From assembly GCA_964016885.1 (NCBI GenBank), contig OZ024754.1:16120001-16184000 (forward strand): a DNA stretch of 64,000 nucleotides, read 5' to 3'. The notes beneath the pieces were generated by a model. It searched no databases and was not told the DNA's origin. It worked only from the letters and a program-made list of their open reading frames with translations. This DNA is from Eledone cirrhosa. Its lineage: Eukaryota. The position numbers and the translations under genes are program-made. Of the stretch, positions 41,317 through 53,730 are shown piece after piece. Numbering within the stretch: the first letter of the stretch is position 1; each line of letters begins with the position of its first letter.

Positions 41317-44300
41317 CATATATATATATACACATACATATATATATATACACATACATATATATATATACACATACATATATATATATATACACACACA
41401 TATATATATATATACACACACATATATATATATATACACACACATATATATATATATACACATACATATATATATATATACACATACATATATACATATA
41501 TACACACACATATATATATATATACACATACATATATATATATATACACATACATATATATATATATACACATACATATATATATATATACACATATATA
41601 TATATATATACACACATACATATATATATATACACACATACATATATATATACACATACATATATATATATACACATACATATATATATATACACATACA
41701 TATATATATATATATACACATACATATATATACATATATACACATACATATATATATATATATACACATACATATATATATATATATACACATACATATA
41801 TATATATATACACATACATATATATATATACACATACATATATATATATACACATACATATATATATATACACATACATATATATATATACACATACATA
41901 CATATATATACACATACATACATATATATATATACACATACATACATATATATATATACACATACATATATATATATACACATACATATATATACACATA
42001 CATATATATACACATACATACATATATATATACACATACATACATATATATATATACACATACATACATATATATATATACACATACATACATATATATA
42101 TATACACATACATACATATATATATATACACATACATACATATATATATATACACATACATACATATATATATATATACACATACATACATATATATATA
42201 TATACACATACATACATATATATATATATATATACACATACATACATATATATATATATATATACACATACATACATATATATATATATATACACATACA
42301 TACATATATATATATATACACATACATACATATATATATATATACACATACATACATATATATATATATATACACATACATACATATATATATATATATA
42401 TACACATACATACATATATATATATATATACACATACATACATATATATATATACACATACATACATATATATATATACACATACATATATATATATACA
42501 CATACATATATATATATATATACACATACATATATATACATATATACACATACATATATATACATATATACACATACATATATATATATATATACACATA
42601 CATATATATATATATATACACATACATATATATATATATACACATACATATATATATATACACATACATATATATATATACACATACATATATATATATA
42701 CACATACATATATATATATACACATACATACATATATATACACATACATACATATATATATATACACATACATACATATATATATATACACATACATATA
42801 TATATATACACATACATATATATACACATACATACATATATATATATACACATACATACATATATATATATACACATACATACATATATATATATACACA
42901 TACATACATATATATATATACACATACATACATATATATATATACACATACATACATATATATATATACACATACATATATATATATACACATACATACA
43001 TATATATATATATACACATACATACATATATATATATATATACACATACATACATATATATATATATACACATACATACATATATATATATATACACATA
43101 CATACATATATATATATACACATACATACATATATATATATATACACATACATACATATATATATATACACATACATACATATATATATACACATACATA
43201 TATATATACACATACATATATATATACACATACATATATATATACACATACATATATATATATACACATACATACATATATATACACATACATACATATA
43301 TATACACATACATACATATATATACACATACATACATATATATACACATACATACATATATATATATATACACATACATACATATATATATATATACACA
43401 TACATACATATATATATATATACACATACATACATATATATATATACACATACATACATATATATATATACATACATACATACATATATATATATACACA
43501 TACATACATATATATATATACACATACATACATATATATATATACACATACATACATATATATATATACACATACATACATATATATATATACACATACA
43601 TACATATATATATATACACATACATACATATATATATATACACATACATACATATATATATATACACATACATACATATATATATATACACATACATACA
43701 TATATATATATACACATACATACATATATATATACACATACATACATATATATATATACACATACATACATATATATATATACACATACATACATATATA
43801 TATATACACATACATACATATATATATATACACATACATACATATATATATATACACATACATACATATATATATATACACATACATACATATATATATA
43901 TACACATACATACATATATATATATACACATACATACATATATATATATACACATACATACATATATATATATACACATACATACATATATATATATACA
44001 CATACATACATATATATATATACACATACATACATATATATATATACACATACATACATATATATATATACACATACATACATATATATATATACACATA
44101 CATACATATATATATATACACATACATACATATATATATATACACATACATACATATATATATATACACATACATACATATATATATATACACATACATA
44201 CATATATATATATATACACATACATACATATATATATATACACATACATACATATATATATATACACATACATACATATATATATATACACATACATACA

Positions 44301-45299
44301 TATATATATATACACATACATACATATATATACACATACATACATATATATATATACACATACATACATATATATATATACACATACATACATATATATA
44401 TATACACATACATACATATATATATACACATACATACATATATATATACACATACATACATATATATATACACATACATATATATATACACATACATATA
44501 TATATACACATACATATATATATACACATACATATATATATACACATATATACACACATATATATATATATACACACATATATATATATATATATACACA
44601 CATATATATATATATATATATATACACATACATACAAATATATACACATACATACAAATATATACACATACATACAAATATATACACATACATACAAATA
44701 TATACACATACATACAAATATATAGACATACATACATATATATATACACATACATACATATATATATACACATACATACATATATATACACATACATACA
44801 TATATATATATACACATACATACATATATATATATACACATACATACATATATATATACACATACATACATATATATATACACATATATATATATACACA
44901 TATATATATATATACACACATACATACATATATATATACACATATATATATATGCACATATATATATATATATACACACATACATACAAATATATATATA
45001 CATACATCTATATGTACACATACATATACACATACATATATATACACATACATATATATACACATACATATATATATACACATACATATATATATACACA
45101 TACATATATATATATATATATACATACATACATATATATACATATATATATATACATACATATATATATATACATACATATATATATATACATACATATA
45201 TATATATATACATACATACATATATACACATACATATATATATACACATACATATATATATACACATACATATATATCTATCTATCTATCTATCTATCT
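41238..45299. repeat. Compound microsatellite with higher-order CACATACATACA(TA)n units; (TATC)n at right end
   Basis: Direct sequence. Confidence 0.97.
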
Positions 45300-45981
45300 A
45301 AGGCAGGTAAAATTCCCTAGATCCATGGACGAGTTCTCTCCAGCGGTCTCTGTCCCTCATTATCGCTGCCATATCCTGCATCTCCAACAGACCAGTGTCT
45401 GTCCTTAGGGCATCAACATACGTTAACCTTGGTCTTCCTCTTCTAGTGTGTCCATGTAGGGGCTCCCAAAGGAGCACTGAGTGCAATGTCAACTCTGGAT
45501 GTCGGTGAGCATGTCCAGCCAACCTCAGTCTTCTCTGTGTCACTTTTGTCGATGAGTGTGGGGCGGAGAATGTATGAGACTAAAACAAAATATCTGGTAG
45601 AGAATGTTGAGAAGCCAGAGGGGATCACTAATGTAGGCGGGAAGCCACTGGATTTGGTTGAGGACTTCCTGAACAAAGATCGGGAATACGGAAGATGATG
45701 TGGTTAAGAGGAAGAGCAAGGCCTGGGCGGCGTGTCACAGCTTGAGATCGATGTGGAAGTCGGACCTTCGTAGAGACCTGAAAGCCGCCTCTTCATTGCT
45801 GTAGTGGAGTCTGTGCTGCTGTATGGGTCTGAGACTTGGACACTGACCAAGAGACTCACTCAGATGGTGGATGGGTGCTACACGAGAATGCTGAGGATGG
45901 CTCTGAACATTAATCAGTATACACTGAGGATGAAAAACTCAGAGCTGTCTGGGAGCATCCCAAAAGTCAGCTCAAAAGTGA
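45298..45981 (-). mobile_element. RTE-X-like LINE 3' fragment with 5' inversion
   Basis: Minus part RRLRLAGH..LWEPLHG..RGRP plus (GATA)n tail; plus-strand part [24 protein letters not shown]. Confidence 0.8.
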
Positions 45982-46735
45982 TACATATATATATACACAT
46001 ACATACATATATATATACACATACATACATATATATGTGTATATATATATATATATATACACACACACATACATATATACATATATATATATATACACAC
46101 ACATACATATATACATATATATATATACACACATACATATATAAAAATATACATATACACACATACATATATATATACATATACACACATACATATATAT
46201 ATATACATATATATATATATACACACACATGTATATATACACACAGATATATATATACACACATATATATACACACATATATATACACACATATATATAC
46301 ACACATATATATACACACATATATATACACACATATATATACATATATATATACACATACATATATACATATATATATACACATACATATATATATACAT
46401 ATATAAACACATACATATATATATACATATATAAACACATACATACATATATATATACAGACATACATACATATATATATACATATATATATATGAGCAA
46501 GACAACCACTCTTGCCTCAAGTGGGAAAACCCCCGTCCAAACCCATGCAAGCGTGGAACACGGACGCTAAACCTGATGATGATGATGATGATGAGACATA
46601 CAGACATACATACATATATATATATACATATATATACATACAGACATACATACATATATATATATACATATATATATATACAGACATACAGACATATATA
46701 TATATACATATATATATATATACATACATACAGAC

Positions 46736-46766
<31 letters not shown>

Positions 46767-46823
46767 CATACATATATACATATATATATATACACATACA
46801 TATATACATATATATATATACAG

Positions 46824-46854
<31 letters not shown>

Positions 46855-47171
46855 CAGACATACATACATACATATATATATATACATATATATATACAGA
46901 CATACATACATATATATATACACATACATACATATATATATACATACATAGACCTACATACATATATATATACATATATAGACCTACATACATATATATA
47001 CATATATAGACATACATACATACATATACATATATATACACATACAGACATACATACATACATATACATATATATACACATACGTACATATGTATATATA
47101 TACACATACATACATATATATATACACATACATACATATATATACACATACATACATATATATACACATAC
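45982..47171. repeat. Compound microsatellite interrupted by an RTE-A tail
   Basis: Direct sequence. Confidence 0.95.
46493..46594 (+). mobile_element. RTE family A tail-only insertion (~100 bp)
   Basis: Matches 18205-18299. Confidence 0.85.
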
Positions 47172-47212
47172 ATGATGGCTGCCCCCTCGTTATCGAGTAT
47201 GGCCATTGCACA
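47172..47212 (-). mobile_element. Displaced 3' tail of the BovB-like RTE
   Basis: GGCCATACTCG-ATAA-CGAGGGGGCAGCCA, homologous to 60939-60972. Confidence 0.7.
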
Positions 47213-47240
47213 ATAAAAAAAAAAAAAAAAAAAAAAAAAA

Positions 47241-47326
<86 letters not shown>

Positions 47327-47586
47327 TTTCTTTATTAACCACAAGGGTTTACATAAAGTAGACATTAAGGACAGTGCAGGACAATGCAGGACGGTACAAA
47401 TGGGCATTTCTGCGTGTAAAAAAACAAAAACAGAGGATGTAACAAAAATAACAATGAAAATAACAATGAAAAATTCCCCAATAGGGGGGAGACTTCGGAG
47501 GGACATTTGTGGAGAAAGCCCAGTAAAAAGCCACAATGACCCTGACCACCAAGGCAAGTGCCCTCTCCCAGTTTTCCACCTTTAGT

Positions 47587-50500
47587 TTACAGATATATAC
47601 TCAGAGTCGGCCCATTCACTCGGGCCATTCTTGCTTCTCTCACCCATCTTTCAACAAAATGCTGGGAAGAGAGCACTTCCCTCTCTACTCTGATTTTCCT
47701 TTTCAAATGAAATTTGAAAAAGTCAATCAGAGCATCACCGAAGAGGTAAGTGCTCGTCTTCAGCCCTTTCAAACGTGTCCACCATACTATCTCTTTCGCC
47801 ATGGCCACCAGACAGATAAAAACTGCCTGCCCTTCCCGGCTAAAGGAGGAGGGCGGGGCAATCCTCACGATGGACTCAGATGATAGCTGGATCCGTCCTA
47901 AACGCGACAGCAGGTGTTCGACATAAACCCACAAGTCAGCAATTTTCGGACACTGGACGAGTGCGTGCAGGACGGTTTCGTCGCCCTGCGCGCATCTCGG
48001 ACATGCCCGGCTGACGGCACCTCCATGCCTGTAGAGTTTATCCCGAACTGGCAAGGCTCCTCGGTAGCACTGCCAGGCCAGAGATTTCTGGAAGTTGTCC
48101 ATAGGCCCTGGCCCGAAAGTTCTTCCGAAGAGATTGGCTAGTTGATTTTCGTCGACGCCTAGAGTTTCCCCAAGTACGTCGTCGCTCTTCCCCTCCACTA
48201 ATCCTCTATAGAACGCCGAGGTGGAGTTTCCACCGATCACATTGCCCGATTGGTCGAGGGCTGTGAGCGCCTGAAGACATTCCAGTCTCCAGGCGCTCCC
48301 TCTCGGTCTTCGCTTGACCCAGGACTGCAGCTCCGTCAAGGAAACGAGCTGGGGAAAAACGCGTCTAGCAAACGGCGACCACACCTGATCACCGTCGAGG
48401 AAGAGGTGGAGATGTCGTAGCCTGAGCGCGTGCCTGCGCATCATCAGCCACGGCATGCCCAGCCCTCCACGTAGCGGGTGTTGACAACAGATGGACCGCC
48501 TGACCATCGGAGCACGTCCCTTCCACAAAAAGCGAAAGAGCAAACGCTCCAGCGCAGTCAGGCGAGGCTTAGGACAAGGTACGACGGTTAGGCGGTAGCA
48601 GATGACAGACGCGATGTACGCGTTAGCCACCTCCGCTCGACCTTTCAGGGATAGCTTCCTCTCCGCCCATTTCTGGGTGAGAGAAGCCACCCTGCTCGTC
48701 ACCTCGTCCCAGTTTTTGTCCGTCTGGAGGTCCGGACCGAACCAGACCCCTAGCAATTTAACCGGTCCGTCCGTCCAGCGCCCGACGACGCTGTTGGACG
48801 GCATGGACCTGCCTCTCCAGGTGCCGAGCTGCAGGCCCACTGACTTTTCCTGGTTGATCATTGCTCCTGTCACCGCTTCGTATTCTCTTAGTGTAGTGCC
48901 GATCGCCTCGATGTGTTTGGCGTTCGACACCACTACGGTGACATCGTCCGCATATGCTGACACGGATCTTCCGCATCCTAGTTCGCGCGGGACCCCCCTC
49001 AACGTCTCCAGTTTGTGCAGTAATGGCTCGAGAGTCAATACGTACAAGAGGGACGAGAGGGGACATCCTTGGCGGACCGAGCGCATGATGTTGAACGGTT
49101 CCGACAGGTGACCGTTCACTCTCACCACAGAGCAGATGTCGCTGTGCATGGCAGCGATCCAGCCTCTGAAGACGGGCCCAAAGCCAGCCGCCCTCAGGAC
49201 TGCCGCTAGGTAACGATGGTCGACCCTATCGAAAGCTTTCGACTGATCTAAATTGATCAAGGACCCACCCGTGCCAGGTTCCCTAGCTACCCTCTCTACG
49301 ATGTATCGCATGAGGTGGAGGTTGTCGTGGATGGATCTGTCGGGAATGGCGCATGTCTGCGCCTCTCCCACCAGACCACCAACGACAAGCGCCAACCTCT
49401 TTGCTAGCACCTTGGCCAAAATCTTAAACTCTGTGTTTAGCAGAGTTATGGGCCGGAAATTGTCTATGTTATCCCCCTTGTTCGGATCCTTTCTCAGCAG
49501 TGCCACCGCTCCTCGGCTCACAGAACTGGGAATTCTCCCGTTCTGTTGCCAGTTGCAGTAGACGTCCGCCAAGAGGCCTCCGAACAAGTCTGGCATCTGT
49601 ACGTAAAGTTCATAGGGCAGACCATCCAAACCAGGCGATTTACCCCTTGTGCAGCCAGTCATTGCCTCCCGTACTTCAGCGGCTGTTATCGGCTTTTCGC
49701 AACACTTCGCCTCAGTGGCCGAGAGCCGCGGCAGTCCGTCGAGGTAGACACTAAAGTCCATCCCTCTACCCGGCCCCCCGCTGCCCCCGAACAGCTGAGT
49801 GAAGTGTCGCTGAAAAGCTTCACACATTTGCCCGGGGTCGAGTAGCATGCGCCCGTCGTGGTCCACCAAAGACCGGATCGTGGCTTTGTTGCCACGACGC
49901 GCCTCCGCCACTCGGGCCCATTGAACGGCTTTCGTCCCCTCGTCTCTGAGAGCACGCACCCTAGCTCTGACAACGCAGCCTTCGTGCTTTGCATTGAAGA
50001 ATTGGTCAAGGGCCAATTTCGCCGCAAGCACGTCGGTCGCAATGCCTTTGCTAAGCGCCTCGTCTAATTTTCTAACTAGTTCTCCCTCTGCTCTATTTTT
50101 CTCTATTGCTAAAGCCTTACTAAACCTAATCGATTCTATTCTAATCGCTCTTTTCAGAGCAAACCACCACTTGTTGTTGACGATGGCCCCCGTCAACGCC
50201 CGCTTAACTAGTTCGCTAATCCGGTCTCTGTAGGCCTTGCGCGCTGGTAAGGACGCGTTTAGCTTCCAGTAGCCGGGTCCTCGTCTATGAAGCCTATCTA
50301 AGTCAAGCACACAGGTCACGAATTTGTGGTCCGTGTAGCTGACTATCTTGAATTGTGGACAGCCTATGCTAGACCTATCTATTTCCCTACAAAATACTCT
50401 ATCTAGATATGATCTGGATGACCCTATGCGGTTTGTCCAAGTCCACATTGGCACATTCGGGAAATCCAATCGGTACCTGTCAGACAGTTCAAAACGCCTG

Positions 50501-51006
50501 AGCAGGTTGGTGAGGCTCTTGCACCCTCCACCCCTATCCGCTAATCCCACACAGTCCCAGCGTGCATCTAAGATCCCGTTCCAGTCGCCCACTAACACTA
50601 AAGAGCGGGACGTTCCAAGAAAGGTCTCCAGACGCCGGAAGAAATCAGGCCGCCCTGCTCCTGTCGGGGCATAGACGGCCACTAGCCTGAAAGCTTGCCC
50701 GTCTCCGCTGGTCACGTCCAGCACCACCAGCTTACCCTCTGGGTCCAGGAAGATGGCCCGTATGGCGAGATCCAAACCTCTCCGAAAAAGCACAGCAACT
50801 CCTCCACCCGATCCAGGACGGCTGGGAGATGCGTACACATCGTAGCCGCCGAAGATCGGTGCGAAGGCCCGTGCTTCGGAGATTCTGGTCTCGCTGATGG
50901 CCACTACATCTATGTTTAGTGACCTGAGGTCGTTGAGCAGGTGACCCTGCTTCCATGACGACCCCAAGCCACGCGCATTTATGCTGCCTATTCTGAGTGA
51001 GGTCAT
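47587..51006 (-). CDS. Tx1-like ORF2: AP endonuclease, reverse transcriptase, C-terminal CCHC motif (1139 aa)
   Basis: SINARG, ISETR, VYAP, GDWN, YLDR, TDH, GYWKLN, KSPGLDG, LDQSKAFD, VRQGCPLS, AYADD, CPRC..ETVLHALVQC. Confidence 0.95.
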   Translation of the reverse strand: MTSLRIGSINARGLGSSWKQGHLLNDLRSLNIDVVAISETRISEARAFAPIFGGYDVYASPSRPGSGGGVAVLFRRGLDLAIRAIFLDPEGKLVVLDVTSGDGQAFRLVAVYAPTGAGRPDFFRRLETFLGTSRSLVLVGDWNGILDARWDCVGLADRGGGCKSLTNLLRRFELSDRYRLDFPNVPMWTWTNRIGSSRSYLDRVFCREIDRSSIGCPQFKIVSYTDHKFVTCVLDLDRLHRRGPGYWKLNASLPARKAYRDRISELVKRALTGAIVNNKWWFALKRAIRIESIRFSKALAIEKNRAEGELVRKLDEALSKGIATDVLAAKLALDQFFNAKHEGCVVRARVRALRDEGTKAVQWARVAEARRGNKATIRSLVDHDGRMLLDPGQMCEAFQRHFTQLFGGSGGPGRGMDFSVYLDGLPRLSATEAKCCEKPITAAEVREAMTGCTRGKSPGLDGLPYELYVQMPDLFGGLLADVYCNWQQNGRIPSSVSRGAVALLRKDPNKGDNIDNFRPITLLNTEFKILAKVLAKRLALVVGGLVGEAQTCAIPDRSIHDNLHLMRYIVERVAREPGTGGSLINLDQSKAFDRVDHRYLAAVLRAAGFGPVFRGWIAAMHSDICSVVRVNGHLSEPFNIMRSVRQGCPLSSLLYVLTLEPLLHKLETLRGVPRELGCGRSVSAYADDVTVVVSNAKHIEAIGTTLREYEAVTGAMINQEKSVGLQLGTWRGRSMPSNSVVGRWTDGPVKLLGVWFGPDLQTDKNWDEVTSRVASLTQKWAERKLSLKGRAEVANAYIASVICYRLTVVPCPKPRLTALERLLFRFLWKGRAPMVRRSICCQHPLRGGLGMPWLMMRRHALRLRHLHLFLDGDQVWSPFARRVFPQLVSLTELQSWVKRRPRGSAWRLECLQALTALDQSGNVIGGNSTSAFYRGLVEGKSDDVLGETLGVDENQLANLFGRTFGPGPMDNFQKSLAWQCYRGALPVRDKLYRHGGAVSRACPRCAQGDETVLHALVQCPKIADLWVYVEHLLSRLGRIQLSSESIVRIAPPSSFSREGQAVFICLVAMAKEIVWWTRLKGLKTSTYLFGDALIDFFKFHLKRKIRVEREVLSSQHFVERWVREARMARVNGPTLSIYL

Positions 51007-51041
51007 GTTTAAAATAGAGTGGAAAAGATGGGAAAGACCAC

Positions 51042-53138
51042 TTACCGTACTTTTGGTAGAGGAGGGATGGTTTTTACATCCCTTTTCACTTGATCGTCTG
51101 GTGAAGGGACCGTTGAATCGTCCCTTCGGCTGGTCGTCGGCTCTTCTAAGAGAATGTCTGAGTATACTCTTCGATTGATGGTTCCTCCTAGGTCCCTGAA
51201 ATCACCAACTGCGTTGGGGAATTTCGTTTTAATGTTTGTGTATTGTTTCTGTGCTATTTTTAGCAGTCTTATGTTAGTTGGCGTTTTGATTGGTGCTGGT
51301 ATTATGTAGTCCTGTTGTGAAATGTCTGTGTGTTCAATTATGTAAGTCATTAGTTTCTTGTTGTGTGTATTTATTGCCGTGCATTTGTTTTTCTGGGGGT
51401 GGGGTGTGGTTCTACTATTTTCTTGTCGTTGTTGCTGGGTGTGTGTGTTTTGTTGTTGTGTTTGCGATGTTGGTGCTTGTGGTGGTGGTGTTGAAGGTGT
51501 TGTTGGCGGTGGGGTTGTCGCCGGTGGTGATGGTGGTGCTGGTGTGGGTGGTGATGGTGTTGGTGGTGTTGCTGCTGTGGGTCTCTTTGCAGTAGACTTT
51601 ACCCTTTTCTCATTTCTTTCCTCCCTTTTCAAAGGCGACGATGCGCTGCTTCTGCGTTTGTGCCTTCTTGCGACCTTTTGCCATCCCTCTCCCACCTCAC
51701 ACTCCATGTCTGATTCTGTAAGGTCGGGGAGGGGTACCAGCTCCACTCTTTCACTTGTTGTTGTTGGTGATGTTTGCACTGGAGTCTCTGTTGCAGCTGC
51801 ATTTGGTATTGCTGTTGTTGTTGTTAATATTTCCACTGCTGCTGCTGTCTTTGATTTCCGTGGAGTGGGTATGGGTGCCACGGACCTATCGTTCCTGGTT
51901 GCCGCTTGTCCTGTTGCTGGTAGCCGTGGAGCCGGATTCGGAAGGAGGGGGGTTTTCTCCTTTCTCAGGGTCTTCTCGTTGCAGAAGGCCCTGAGGTGAG
52001 TCTTCGATCCACAGCGAAAGCATTTCGGGCGTTTGCCCTCAACACTTATGGGCAGTTGAGTGCCGTTATCGAAGTCTATCACATCCGGGATAGCTTCGAT
52101 GCACTCCTGGTTGGTTTGGATTAGCATCTCAATGGAGGAGCCGACCCAATCTTCTCTTACTTTTTTCTGTACTTGCAGTACAGTTGTTTTGTCCTCGATT
52201 CCGACGAGGACAGACGCGGCCAGCCAAGAAGGGGTCATTCCGGGGGGGACGTGGGTCAGTTTGACCCTCACAATTTTTTGCCCGCAGTAGGAGGGCACCA
52301 ACACCATTTCCTCGCTCCTTAGGGTCACTACTGATTGGGCCTTTGCCTCCTGGGGTGTGGCAAAAAGTACGTCTACGGTGGCATATTTTTTGCCTCGGGT
52401 GATGTGCGTTTTCCGCTGCCACACAGACCCCAAGGCTTTTTGTATTTGGGCCTCTGTGGCTCTTTCCACCCTACGGGATTTTGTACTTACTGTACGGTAC
52501 GTGACCGTACAGTGCTCTTGGGTCTCGAAAAACTTTTCCGCTGCCTTGCAGATTGCTCGGTGTCCGTTCTTTGTCACCATCTTCTTCGCTTCCTCTAATT
52601 CCTCATTTGTTATGAGGATTGTTTCCAAGTTTTTCGCAATACCTGCAAATGAGATTGGTTTTTCTCTGCTGTTGTTGTTGTCGTCAGAGCTGCTGGTACT
52701 TTTGTTGTTGCTGCAGGTACTACGACTACTGCCTCCGCCGCTGTTGCTGTGGTTGTTGTTGGTGTTGCTGCTGCTAATGCTGTTGTTGTTTATGTTGCTG
52801 GTGATGCTGTTGCGGCTGCTACTGTTGTTTTCATTGTCACTGTTGCTGTTGTTATTACGGCTGCTACTGCTATTATTCCTAACGTCAGACGAATGAACTG
52901 GGTTTTCGTATTTCCCGCACACCTGTTTCGTCGCTGTCGTCGTCGTCGTGGAGAAACCTTGCACGCTTTGCACGAGACTTTTCTTTTCTTTCGTCGCTTG
53001 CGAAAGAGAAGGGAGGGAGAGAGACACATTTAAAGAAGGGAGGGAGAGAGACAATCTTCTCTCTGCTGTAGTGATGATTGAGGAAGAAGAAGACGGAATG
53101 AGTGGGAGTGACGTATGAAATTTCTTTTTCGTAGCCAT
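51042..53138 (-). CDS. Tx1-like ORF1 (698 aa from first ATG) with CCHC zinc knuckle and low-complexity N/S and P/T tracts
   Basis: Open frame directly upstream of ORF2; CFRCGSKTHLRAFC. Confidence 0.85.
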   Translation of the reverse strand: MATKKKFHTSLPLIPSSSSSIITTAERRLSLSLPSLNVSLSLPSLSQATKEKKSLVQSVQGFSTTTTTATKQVCGKYENPVHSSDVRNNSSSSRNNNSNSDNENNSSSRNSITSNINNNSISSSNTNNNHSNSGGGSSRSTCSNNKSTSSSDDNNNSREKPISFAGIAKNLETILITNEELEEAKKMVTKNGHRAICKAAEKFFETQEHCTVTYRTVSTKSRRVERATEAQIQKALGSVWQRKTHITRGKKYATVDVLFATPQEAKAQSVVTLRSEEMVLVPSYCGQKIVRVKLTHVPPGMTPSWLAASVLVGIEDKTTVLQVQKKVREDWVGSSIEMLIQTNQECIEAIPDVIDFDNGTQLPISVEGKRPKCFRCGSKTHLRAFCNEKTLRKEKTPLLPNPAPRLPATGQAATRNDRSVAPIPTPRKSKTAAAVEILTTTTAIPNAAATETPVQTSPTTTSERVELVPLPDLTESDMECEVGEGWQKVARRHKRRSSASSPLKREERNEKRVKSTAKRPTAATPPTPSPPTPAPPSPPATTPPPTTPSTPPPQAPTSQTQQQNTHTQQQRQENSRTTPHPQKNKCTAINTHNKKLMTYIIEHTDISQQDYIIPAPIKTPTNIRLLKIAQKQYTNIKTKFPNAVGDFRDLGGTINRRVYSDILLEEPTTSRRDDSTVPSPDDQVKRDVKTIPPLPKVR

Positions 53139-53352
53139 GTTTTTTTTGTTTAAAATGAAATTTTGGGTACAAAACCCCAATAACTGGTTATTTAACCCCG
53201 AAGGGCCAAATAACGGACAGAAAGACCCCTCTCACGAGGAGGAGGGTGTCTTTATCAACAATTTGGTTCAAGTTTTAAACAATTTACAATTGTTTTAACG
53301 GTTAAAAATTACTATACCTTACAGAGCCGAGCCTCCGTCAACCATGGCATTC

Positions 53353-53422
<70 letters not shown>

Positions 53423-53427
53423 AAAAG

Positions 53428-53460
<33 letters not shown>

Positions 53461-53578
53461 TATACATATATATATATATACACACACATATACACACACA
53501 TGCATACACATACATACATATATACACACACACATACATACACATACACACACATATATACACACATACATTAATAAC

Positions 53579-53615
<37 letters not shown>

Positions 53616-53720
53616 GCAATAATAATAATAACGACAACAACAATAATAATATACATATTCATATATATATACACACACACGCACGCACATAAGCATATCT
53701 ACACACACACACACAAACAC
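53353..53720. repeat. (AAT)n, poly-A and TA/CA microsatellite mix
   Basis: Direct sequence. Confidence 0.9.
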
Positions 53721-53730
53721 ACGATAGCAA

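Larger units (their letters stand above)
47240..53352 (-). mobile_element. Apparently full-length L1/Tx1-type non-LTR retrotransposon with (ATT)n tail
   Basis: Two intact ORFs, 5'UTR, 3'UTR with AATAAA; (AAT)n on both flanks. Confidence 0.93.

Noticed and set aside
47914-53033. Plus-strand ORFs overlapping the Tx1 element (and similar antisense ORFs over RTE copies)
   Set aside because: Antisense shadows of coding sequence with no recognisable motifs
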